Positions 23,215 to 32,700 of a stretch of DNA of 33,031 nucleotides are shown in pieces. Position 1 is the first letter of the stretch. Each line of letters begins with the position of its first letter. The notes beneath the pieces were generated by a model. The model searched no databases, had not been told where the DNA came from, and saw only the letters and a program-made list of their open reading frames with translations. A program made the translations under genes and the position numbers. Source of the DNA: Octopus bimaculoides (lineage: Eukaryota); NCBI RefSeq assembly GCF_001194135.2, contig NC_068982.1:77599262-77632292 (forward strand), in the 5' to 3' direction.

Positions 23215-24320
23215 CTGATTGACTTAATTTGAGACCTGAATTTATCAAAAGAGTCAGCAGAGTTGTTAGCATCATGCCTTCGCAAGAAAAATTTGTTAGC
23301 TGCTAAAACAAATGTCACTTTCTACCGCAACTGAGATGCTGTGTTCACCTCATTCTTTGAACAAAACGACAATCTTGTGTTTTGTAAAGAAATTGAACAG
23401 TTACTTCTTAGATTGGGCGCTGATGAATATGATGCTTGTTCATGGCGGTTATTTATCGATAGTTCAAAGCGCAGCTTGAAGTGCGTACTTCTACACAACA
23501 CTAACATGTATGCTTCCATACCGATTGGACACTCGACTACACTGAAAGAAAAGTACGAGCCGATAAAACAGGTGATGGAAAGTATTAACTACTCTAGTCA
23601 TAACTGGAGCATTTGCATTGATTTAAAAATGGTAAACTTTTTACTTGGACAACAGTCTGGCTACACAAAATACCCATGTTTTCTATGCTTATGGGACAGC
23701 CGTGCCAAAGAACAAGCATTGGGTGAAAAAGGTTTGGCCTGTTCAGGAAGAATTGAAAGTCAGAGAGAAAAACAGCATAAATCCTCCACTTGTGTCAAGA
23801 GAGAAAATAGTTTTCCCTCCTCTACACATAAAACTGGGTTTAATGAAGCAATTTGTGAAAGTTCTAGACAAGGAAGATCGTTGCTTCAAGTATATTTGTG
23901 AAGTATTTCTTGCTCTCAGCATTCAGAAGCTGAAAGCAGGTGCTTTTGATGGACCTGATATATGAAAACTTATTCAGGATGAGAACTTTGTAAGCAGTAT
24001 GACTGTCCTAGAATCAAATGCATGGACTGCATTTGTAGCTGTCATTAAAAACTTTTTGGGGAGTAAGAAGTCAGTGGACTACAAGGAACTTGTTGAACAT
24101 ATGCTGACATGCTATCATGCTCTCGGAGCTAACATGAGTATTAAAGTATACTTCCTTCACAGTTATCTGGACAGGCTTCCTGAAAACTGTGGTGATGTAA
24201 GAAAGATATCAAGAACGTTGGGATATTAGAATGATGGCGGACTACTGTTGGAGCATTAATATGGACAGCTCAGAGACCGATCATTCATGCCAATCCTGAA
24301 AATGGAAATTTATTCCATAG
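23215..24320 (+). pseudogene. Disrupted DDE transposase (Chapaev3-type, Transib/RAG1-related)
   Basis: DLNLSKESAELLAS; WRLFIDSSKRSLKCVLLHN (first D at 23458-23460); ICIDLK; GYTKYPCFLCLWDSRA; PPLHIKLGLMKQFVK; NMSIKVYFLHSYLD; MMADYCWS. TGA stops, a +1 frameshift near 23716, and loss of the SDExGERFHQ-type segment after GDV (about 24200). Confidence 0.9.
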
Positions 24321-25022
24321 CTGTCAAGTTCCTTGCTGGAATGACTTATGATGATTTGAAGTTCTTTACTAAAATGGTATTTTCTGACAAGTGTGATTTT
24401 CTTATATTGTGTTTTCTAATACATTTTTTGTTAACTGGCGTAATTCATTTGAAATACGATATAATTTGTTTCTCTTCAATACAAACATTAAAAAACTAAA
24501 TAATTTCTATTATAAATTTTCTATAATAATACTATTGATATTGCACATAATAGATAGAAATTTTGTCCTTGTAAATTATATTAAACTGGATGTAGCTTCT
24601 CTGGAGAAAAATTAACAGAGGGGGGATATTGTTTTCTTTTNNNNNNNNNNNNNNNNNNNNNNNNNNNNNNNNNNNNNNNNNNNNNNNNNNNNNNNNNNNN
24701 NNNNNNNNNNNNNNNNNNNNNNNNNNNNNNNNNNNNNNNNNNNNNNNNNNNNNNNNNNNNNNNNNNNNNNNNNNNNNNNNNNNNNNNNNNNNNNNNNNNN
24801 NNNNNNNNNNNNNNNNNNNNNNNATATATATGTAAATGGATGAGTGAATTTTCTTTTGTTTACAGTTAACACAGAAAATTCAATAAACAGTTACCAGGGT
24901 AGCAAAATTCACACAAGTAACAAGGATGTAGCAACCTGTTCAAAGGCAGAAACTCCAGGTTAATGTGCAGTAGTTTATATAGTATAAATAAATAAATGGA
25001 GTTAAACGCAGGTGTTATTCAA

Positions 25023-25120
25023 ATTCTTTTACTTCCGACATATGTTTCAAAGACAACATTGGTATTACTCCAAAGGAATAAATGGTGTAAAATAATGTAA
25101 TCTCATCAGGGAAAGAAAGA
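25023..25120 (-). ncRNA. Hammerhead copy with damaged stem II
   Basis: Retains CUGAUGA, GAAA, ACAUAUGU and GUC, but lacks 3 nt at the base of stem II and has C11.1>U. Confidence 0.6.
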
Positions 25121-25586
25121 GAATCAAACTCAACAATAAAACATTTTAACAAATATGATGACTGTGTAAATGATGAACAGAACGCTATTAAGTATTTTAA
25201 AAACCGTTAGTAGATATGACGTCAAAGGTAGCACATATGAAGAGAAAGGGTAAAGAAATCAATAAGGAGAGAACTAATAAAGGAAAAATATAGAGTAATA
25301 TGTGGTGATTTCTGCCAATCTATATAGTTTGAGCATTTAGTTCTTCTTTCACTTTACTTCCAATAGAGATATCTATTTCCAAGCCGTTGAACATTTATTT
25401 AACTCACATATCACTCTATATTTCTCCTTTATTAGTTCTTTCCTTATTGATTTCTTTACCCCTTCTCCTCATATGCGCTACCTTTGATGTCATATCTACT
25501 AACGGTTTTTTAAAATACTTAATAGTGTTCTGTTCATCATTTACACAGTCATCATATTTGTTAAAATGCTTTATTGTTGAGTCTGA

Positions 25587-25690
25587 TTCTTTTTCTTTCC
25601 CTGATGAGAAGATTACATTATTTTACACCATTTATTCCTTTGGAATAATACCAATGTTGTCTTCGAAACATATGTCGGAAGTAAAAGAAT
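25587..25690 (+). ncRNA. Type I hammerhead ribozyme with intact catalytic core (predicted)
   Basis: CUGAUGA 25601-25607; stem II GAAGA/UCUUC (25608-25612/25660-25664), extended and capped by UUAUUCC-uuu-GGAAUAA; GAAA 25665-25668; palindromic stem III ACAUAUGU; GUC triplet 25674-25676; stem I UUCC/GGAA extended by AUUCUUUU/AAAAGAAU. Confidence 0.85.
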
Positions 25691-25959
25691 TTGAATAACA
25701 CCTGTGTTTAGGTCCATTTATTTATTTATGGTATATATATCTATATATATCTATATATGTGTGTGTATATATTTATATGTGTATCTTTGTGTCTGTGTTT
25801 GTCCACCCACCATCACTTGACATTAGTATCTGTTTTGGCATGGTTTCTACACCTGGGTGCCCTTAAAGCATGTACTGGGTGTTTGTTTGTCAAGCTGTGA
25901 ATGTGTCTATGTGTTTTTTACATAAAATGTCCACTTCACATCTTCAAAGATGTGTGAAA

Positions 25960-26097
25960 TAAGAGATCCCTTACTTGAAAAAACAGCTAAGGATTAGCAA
26001 CAGCAAGGGTAACCAGTTATAAAACAATGCTTCAACAATATATTCATTTAACCCACGCTAGTATGGAAAATGGACATAAAATGATTGAATGAATGAA
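25960..26097 (+). mobile_element. SINE 3' remnant
   Basis: GGATTAGCAACAGCAAGGGTAACCAGTTATAAAAC...AACCCACGCTAGTATGGAAAATGGACATAAAATGATTGAATG. Confidence 0.6.
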
Positions 26098-27704
26098 CAA
26101 GCTTTATGATATAATTATACATTGACAAAGAGAATGGATGAAGATATGTTCACAATTATCCATAAATAGTTCTGAAAAGTTATAAACTGAATTTTTCTTG
26201 ATTTCCTTTAGTGATTGCAAAAGATGAACTTGATAAATATGATGATTTATGTCTTAGAAATAATTTCAGAGACAAGCAACACATTTTAAAAGTTTTGTAG
26301 AAAAAGATGTAATAAGTAGCTGCAACCTCCAAATATTGCTAGTATTTTATATAAAATGAAATTATGATAAATCTACCATTGGGAAGATTTGAACTAAAAA
26401 ATACCAGGTGTAGATGTAAATACCAAAATTATTCAGTCTCATTTTTTAATCTAATTAAGTCATAAAATAGAAAAGCATACCAATAGGCATCATAGATTAT
26501 ACAAAAGAAATCTTTTTTAGTTCTTTTCTTCTTTTAACTCTTAAAAAGCAAATAACATCAATTGAAGTTTCAAAAATTTTACATGGATACCACCACCACC
26601 AAATGAAAGCAAATATTTGACAGCACTTTTCAATAATGAGATTGTAAATTTTCTTGTGCAAGAGATTAATAATTATTTTAGTTTTGTACTTATTTAAAGT
26701 GAAAATAAGTATAAAAATACCCGTAAAAAGAGCTATTCTTTTGCTTTTTGCCACACACATTCATGCAACCCTTTCCTGCCATATGAGGGTTAATAAACTC
26801 TTTAAAACAACAAGACTTAAATAAAAAAATAAAAAATAAAAAACTAGATGATTTGTATTTCTAGAAGGAACAGACGTAAAGAAATGTGCTTTTGATTTAA
26901 TCTGTTATTTGAAAATGAAAAAACGAAGAACAAAAAATGTTATTATTTTCCAGAAAGTCATTCAATTACAAATCTGAGTCATGTATTGTAGCTCCCTTCC
27001 GAAGTAAAATGATAATAAGCCTTGCAATGTTGCTACTTAAAGCCTAAACTAATGAAACAAAGAAGCTATCCCTGATAATCTTCCTTTCAGTGAAGCAGTT
27101 ATTGCATGCAATGTTATCAGATCAAAGAGTATTGTTAGTAAATATATCTGGAAGAGCAGCTTTTAACAAATGAACAATGACTGCAACTGGAGAGGATTCT
27201 TAAACAAAACAGACTCAGCCACAATGGAGATGTTGCACATAATTGCTATAACAAAGTACAAGCTGCTGGAAATGGGACTTAATTATGGGACTCTGATATT
27301 TTATCAATAAATCAAATATCTGGAGGAGAAAGAAGATGTGGTGGGACGGTAACATGATAAACTTTTTGATATTTTTCTTTGATTAGTCAACATTTTCTAT
27401 ACTAATGTAGGCTTATGTAGTGTATTATATATATAATCAGCAACATGGCCAAGACACTAAAGCTTGTTATTCTCAAAAAGTTCAGTTCACCTAGCTCTAA
27501 GTAGGTGTCCTGTTGTAGGAACAGTTCATCACTGTAACAGGAGCACTGTAAAATTGACAAGTATTTTATTAGCTTGTAATGGCAGCTGGACACAGTTTGA
27601 AGAGGTTATAACTCCACCAAACTGACTTGCAGTACACTTTGTAGAGTTTTCAGTAATGACCCAATAATGTTTAAAATTAACCATTCCTCACAAGTCACTT
27701 AATA

Positions 27705-27739
<35 letters not shown>

Positions 27740-27875
27740 CATGTATGTGCCTATATGTATGCATGTATGTATGTATACACACATACATTTATGCACCTAT
27801 GTATGTATTCTCTTGTATTTATACATATGTATATGCATGTGTGTGGGAATGCATGAATATACTTACATGAATATA

Positions 27876-29141
27876 TCAGTCATCCCATAAGTTCTGTCTG
27901 AATTTTGAATAAAGAAAACAAGTAATCAAATGTTATATTTAATTGAAATTTAATCATCAATGTACTTTCCCTGATTATCTATGACTTCCTTCCATCTATT
28001 TACAAGCTTTTTAATCCCATCAATGTAAAACTTTTTTGGTTTCAAAGCGAAGAACTCTAAAATGTCAGTTTCGACCTCCTCCTGGCTTGCGAAAGTTATG
28101 TCCCCCAAATGATTCTGTAAACTATGAAACAAATGGTAGTCTGAAGGAGCAAGGTCAGGAGAATAAGGTGGATGAAGAATTTTTTCCAAACCAAGCTCTT
28201 CGATCTTCTGTGATGTGATCTTTGCAGTGTGGGGTCGCACATTGTCCTGATGAAACATNNNNNNNNNNNNNNNNNNNNNNNNNNNNNNNNNNNNNNNNNN
28301 NNNNNNNNNNNNNNNNNNNNNNNNNNNNNNNNNNNNNNNNNNNNNNNNNNNNNNNNNNNNNNNNNNNNNNNNNNNNNNNNNNNNNNNNNNNNNNNNNNNN
28401 NNNNNNNNNNNNNNNNNNNNNNNNNNNNNNNNNNNNNNNNNNNNNNNNNNNNNNNNNNNNNNNNNNNNNNNNNNNNNNNNNNNNNNNNNNNNNNNNNNNN
28501 NNNNNNNNNNNNNNNNNNNNNNNNNNNNNNNNNNNNNNNNNNNNNNNNNNNNNNNNNNNNNNNNNNNNNNNNNNNNNNNNNNNNNNNNNNNNNNNNNNNN
28601 NNNNNNNNNNNNNNNNNNNNNNNNNNNNNNNNNNNNNNNNNNNNNNNNNNNNNNNNNNNNNNNNNNNNNNNNNNNNNNNNNNNNNNNNNNNNNNNNNNNN
28701 NNNNNNNNNNNNNNNNNNNNNNNNNNNNNNNNNNNNNNNNNNNNNNNNNNNNNNNNNNNNNNNNNNNNNNNNNGATCTTCATCTTCAAGGCTGAACTCTC
28801 CACTTCTGAATTTTGCAAACCATCTTCTGCAAGTTCTTTCATTCAAACATTCTTTCCCATAAACTGAGTGTATGTTTTGAGTCGCTTCGGCTGCAGAGTT
28901 TCCGTTTTTGTACTCATAAAGCATTATGTGCCTCAAATGCTCTTTGGATACTTCTATGTTAGAAAGGGTTTTAATCAAAGAAATTTTAATTCTATTATTC
29001 TGTAAAATAATATTTAGTTAGTTTAAATGTACACAAATGCATAAAAATAATTTTCAATTCCATTAGACATTCTAAAATACTATTAAATTTCATTCAATTT
29101 TAAAAAACGTAAAATTGGACAGGACTTATGGGATGACCTGA
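27876..29141 (-). mobile_element. Mariner (DD34D) transposon, full-length with an internal assembly gap
   Basis: TA TSDs at 27874-27875 and 29142-29143. TIRs TCAG-TCATCCCATAAGTTCTGTC (left) and the reverse complement TCAGGTCATCCCATAAGTCCTGTC (right). About 1.27 kb including the estimated gap. Confidence 0.95.
27950..28957 (-). pseudogene. Mariner transposase, probably non-functional (likely ATG>ATA start loss); middle hidden by Ns
   Basis: HTH region EVSKEHLRHIMLYEYK..RTCRRWFAKFRSGEFSLEDED; catalytic HQDNVRPH and HPPYSPDLAPSDYHLF. ATA at 28955-28957 where ATG is expected. Confidence 0.85.
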
Positions 29142-29609
29142 TATGTATGTGTCTAGGTACGTGTTGATGGGTATATTCATGTACATACTGTATTTACATG
29201 CTTGCATACATATTCACCAGGACTCATATTTATAAGTGCATATGTAAACACACATATCTTTAAATTTCCCTTTTTTTTTTTTTGTTCATTCATTCATACT
29301 GAACCAAGGAACAGGAAAACCATTTGAAAAAGTATGCATTATCCATGTGACATTGTTATTCCTTTTAGACGTTTTTTTCTAGAACAATCCAGGAAATATC
29401 ATTACCACTTATATATAAATGTAATCTCTTTGATTTGAAACCAGTTTGATAAGTTTTAATATATGAAACTTTCACTCTTGAGTCACTCTGTAACTTCTGC
29501 CTATTATTAATAAATTATATATAATGATGGGTGTCTATAACTTTTGAGATATCTGTATGGTATGTGAGTGAGTTTGTATGTGTATTTGTATAGTATGAGA
29601 GAAAAAAAT

Positions 29610-29881
29610 ATGGGCTTGAACTTTGTATTCTTATATTTCATGTTACATATGTCTCAGTACTCAGTAACATATGATGTCACACTATAAATGCAATTTTTTG
29701 TTTGTCTGCTTGAATTTTTTTTGTTTGTCTGCATTTAATTATGTATGCTGCCCTTATGAGGTGAATCCTTAGATTCACCTCATAAGGGCAGTATACATAA
29801 TTTATAGTCTATTATCATGTGTTACCGAATACTGAAACATATGTAACAGATGAGATAAATGAATACCAAGTTTAAGCCCAT
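29610..29881. mobile_element. Palindromic MITE/foldback element
   Basis: ATGGGCTTGAAC.../...GTTTAAGCCCAT ends; diverged inverted arms 29610-29688 vs 29801-29881; near-perfect 31-bp central stem at 29737-29802 with CTTA loop. Confidence 0.8.
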
Positions 29882-30263
29882 GTTCTTTCCCTTCATTATT
29901 AAAGTGCCCTTTATATTATGATATAACCTTCCTTAGAATTCACATGACCCTGTGTGAAAACGCCTCAATGATGAGTTTTGCAGTTATTTGAACAACAAAA
30001 TTAGCTGTATTCATGGAATTATAGCACAAGACACACACACTCCTGACGTAAGCCTCAGGTAGCATCAGCATGAAACAGTGTGTGATGTAACAAGGTAGGC
30101 CCTTTTAATTACTGGTACAAACCATGAAGTATACCTCCACACAGTTTCTATTCACTTAATTTCACTTACAAGGTTTGGGTTGATGAAAGGATATGCGATA
30201 AGACATTCAAGATGCAATGCATTATCAATTAATAAATTAATAAATAGATATCAATTATCAAAT

Positions 30264-30670
30264 ATCAATTAATAAATAGATATAAATGAATGTCTACAGG
30301 CTGATGTTTGTCAATTGATTATCCTCTCCATTTTTTTATTTGCCTTATAAATTCTGGGTAAATTTCTGTTTTATCCCCACTCATACCTAGTATTCAATTG
30401 TGATACTGCCCTGAAATAGTAAGCACTTGGATATAAATACATAGGTATACATCCAGTAGTATATGGGATATTTATTATCCCTTAGATGGTTGCTTAACCT
30501 CTAACTCATACAGATATATATATATATATATATATTATATGTATAGATTCCTAACATTATAATTTCTCTGATGAAGCTTTGGGCCTCAGTCATTGTACAA
30601 CCCCTGTCCAATGTTTGTCCAAACTTTGTACAATCCCTGTATATTACTGGCATGATGTGGAAAATTTGGC
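30264..30670 (+). repeat. Second copy of dispersed blocks B (30264-30349) and A (30581-30670), in swapped order
   Basis: Direct matches to 13936-14021 and 13693-13781. Confidence 0.85.
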
Positions 30671-30689
30671 GTGTGTTTGTATCTGTGTG

Positions 30690-30924
30690 TGTGTGTGTGT
30701 GTGTGTCCACGTATGTTTGTGTCTGTTTCCTCCATTATGTAACACCAGTGTTGGTTTGTAAACATCCCTGTAACTTGGTGGTTCAGTGAAAGAAGTAGAT
30801 ACAATAAGTACTAGATTTAAAAAGAAAATTTAAAACTGGGGTTGATGTTTTCATCTGAAAGCCTCGAAGGCAGTGCCCCAGCATGGTCACCTTCCAATGA
30901 CTGAAACAAGTAAAAGATAGAAGA
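30690..30924 (+). mobile_element. SINE body and 3' tail
   Basis: GTTGGTTTGT...CCCTGTAACTTGGTGGTTCAG...ACAATAAGTACTAG...GGCAGTGCCCCAGCATGGTCAC...ATGACTGAAACAAGTAAAAGATA. Confidence 0.7.
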
Positions 30925-30981
30925 CGATGCACACACACACACACACACACTGGGAGAAATATAGAGAATTTAGAAACTTAC

Positions 30982-31083
30982 CAAGAACAATTCTGTTCAC
31001 TGAACCTGAGGCACATGATTGGTAATATTTTGCCGTCCAAACAACTCCAACGATTAGCCAAGCCAACTCTACTAGTAGAATGA
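30982..31083 (-). CDS. DAGLA: Internal coding exon of sn1-specific diacylglycerol lipase alpha (third TM helix region)
   Basis: Minus strand reads ttttcttttcatacag|TC ATT CTA CTA GTA GAG...GTT CTT G|gtaagt. 102 nt, phase 1/1, translating (x)ILLVELAWLIVGVVWTAKYYQSCASGSVNRIVL(G). This resembles the DAGLA segment ILVIEFIYAIVGIVWLTQYYTSC as I recall it, and it joins in frame to the exon at 7701-7872. Not present in the ORF track. Confidence 0.92.
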
Positions 31084-31131
31084 CTGTATGAAAAGAAAAT
31101 TAAATACTAATTTAGTAAAATCACAAAAATA

Positions 31132-31353
31132 CAATAATCCCTCAACTATTGCAGGTGTTACATTCCAAAACCCCGTGAAAGGTGAAAATCTGCCAAGTAG
31201 AAACAGTACTGTACTGTATATATATATTTTTTTATTTTTATGATTTGTATATATTTTTTTTATTATAAAAGCAAAACAACACCATGGAGGAATCAATGTA
31301 AACTTAAATAATAGACCATGATAGGTGAACTGCAATATGTTGAGGTATTACTG
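31132..31353. mobile_element. Tigger/pogo-like MITE (222 bp)
   Basis: TA|CAATAATCCCTCAACTATTGCAG ... CTGCAATATGTTGAGGTATTACTG|TA: imperfect TIRs with TA TSD. Confidence 0.8.
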
Positions 31354-31847
31354 TAGTGGAAAATAAATATTTGTAAATGTTTAAATTATCATGAGTTGTC
31401 AGTAACTGTTTAAATCATTATGGGTTCTCAGAGAAATTCATTAGTTCACCTCTCCCTTTCCCATTTCTTAATATCCTTTCCTATGTTATTTGAATTAATA
31501 CAAAAAATATTTTTATTATAGTGTTTTATGTCATTTTGTAACTCCAGTCTTCCTCTACAATGTTTGTTAATCATTTTTGAAATTTGAATAAATTTTAAGT
31601 GTTGATGAATAAAACAAGAATAATATAGATGTTAAAAAAAAAAATGAACAAAATTATCTGACAACTGGAGATCTTTCACATATATATTTATAGGAATATA
31701 TACATTTAATCACATACTTGTACTACATACAAAGGCAAAAAGTAAATTAGTAAATAAATCCTTTCAAGGATGATCTTGTCATTTTCATTTATGAATATTC
31801 CAGTAGTTCAAAGTGGCTGAGTGTTCTTTAAACACAAATACCATTAA

Positions 31848-32067
31848 CCCTTTAACATGCAGATTGTTCTATCAAATGCAATGCCTTTTCATTAACATTG
31901 TTTTTAATTAATAATGCATTATTTTGCAGCTTCAAAATTTTGATGATGTGATTGTATATTTTTAGAATAGCAATGGAAGGTATGTATGATAGGATGGATC
32001 TGGTTGGTTAGAACATAAAACAGATAGCATATTTGGACCGGATATGGCCTGTTTAAATGCTAAAGGG
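31848..32067. mobile_element. piggyBac-like MITE (220 bp)
   Basis: TTAA|CCCTTTAACAT ... ATGCTAAAGGG|TTAA. Confidence 0.8.
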
Positions 32068-32159
32068 TTAATGTAATCTTCAGGCAGAATTAACAAGATT
32101 TTGTAATGTGATAAGGCTGGTCATTTGAAATAAAGAAATGTTGAAGTCCATCCAATGGA

Positions 32160-32310
32160 CTTCAACATAGTTTCTGTCTTGCTGATTTTATTCACAAGGC
32201 TTGAGTCAATCTGAGGTTATGGCAGAAAGTGCATGCTTAAGGTGCTCTGCAGTGGACAAAACGAAGGACCTCTCAAGTACAAAACGAAATTGTTAACCAT
32301 TCATGCATAT
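32160..32310 (-). mobile_element. Degenerate tRNA-derived SINE
   Basis: TTCACAAGGCTTGAGTCAATCTGAGGTTATGGCAGAAAG...AAGGTGCTCTGCAGTGG is the reverse complement of the SINE body. Confidence 0.55.
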
Positions 32311-32609
32311 CAGTACATAGGTACATACATGTATGCACACTGATGCACACATATGAACACTCATACACATATATGTACATTCACACATGCATACACACTC
32401 ACACACATTTAAATATGGATGCTTCTCTGTCAATTCCAATGATGAGGATTTAGTTTTCAATTAACTGAATTTCTTGCATACTGAATTAGCATGTAAGCGG
32501 TCAAGTATTCCACAGACAAACGTACTCTTGACATCATTCTGAAACAAAATCAACATGATACTAGGTACAACAAGGCTGAACCTTTGAATTTCAGGTATAA
32601 TCTGTAGGT

Positions 32610-32700
32610 TAGGTATGGCTGAATGATTAAGACATGTGCTTCACAAACCATGAGATCTTGGATTTGATGCCACTGCATGGCATTCTTTAATAAACCGACT
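32610..32700 (+). mobile_element. tRNA-derived SINE head
   Basis: GGTATGGCTGAATGATTAAG...GGATTTGATGCCACTGCATGGCA. Confidence 0.5.

Larger units (their letters stand above)
22047..24320 (+). mobile_element. Chapaev3-like DNA transposon remnant (left terminus to end of transposase; right end not found, possibly in the N gap)
   Basis: TAA|CACTGGCCAACAC terminus at 22044-22060, subterminal TTTTGGGGTGCTGAATCCAAAAATG, then a transposase pseudogene. Family name is from memory of Chapaev3 motifs and termini. Confidence 0.65.
24984..25729. repeat. Long inverted repeat (arms 24984-25304 and 25405-25729, 100-bp spacer) of a hammerhead-bearing PLE-type terminal module
   Basis: Hand alignment of the arms gives 16 substitutions and 2 indels in about 320 bp. 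Each arm has a hammerhead near its outer end. Confidence 0.95.
7873..30981 (-). other. DAGLA: ~23.1 kb GT-AG intron of DAGLA
   Basis: GT donor at 30981-30980 and AG acceptor at 7874-7873 (minus strand) join the two exons in frame (CTT G|GT GTT = L-G-V). I found no intervening DAGL-like exon. Length includes estimated N gaps. Confidence 0.85.

Noticed and set aside
25387-25698. 103-aa ORF over the right arm of the inverted repeat
   Set aside because: Starts at TTG, is low-complexity, has no domain, overlaps the ribozyme, and the frame is not conserved in the other arm.
30032-30084. CACACTC-CTGACGT...GCAT-GAAAC-AGTGTGTG, a possible hammerhead relic
   Set aside because: A9 is substituted and there is no NUH triplet or stem III. 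The pairing relies on (CA)/(TG) simple repeats. It may be a deleted relic but cannot be supported.
30568-30590. Isolated CTGATGA/CTGAAGA heptamers here and near 7650 (-), 16440 (-), 19770 (-) and 23420 (+)
   Set aside because: No stem II followed by GAAA and NUH; such heptamers are expected by chance in 33 kb.
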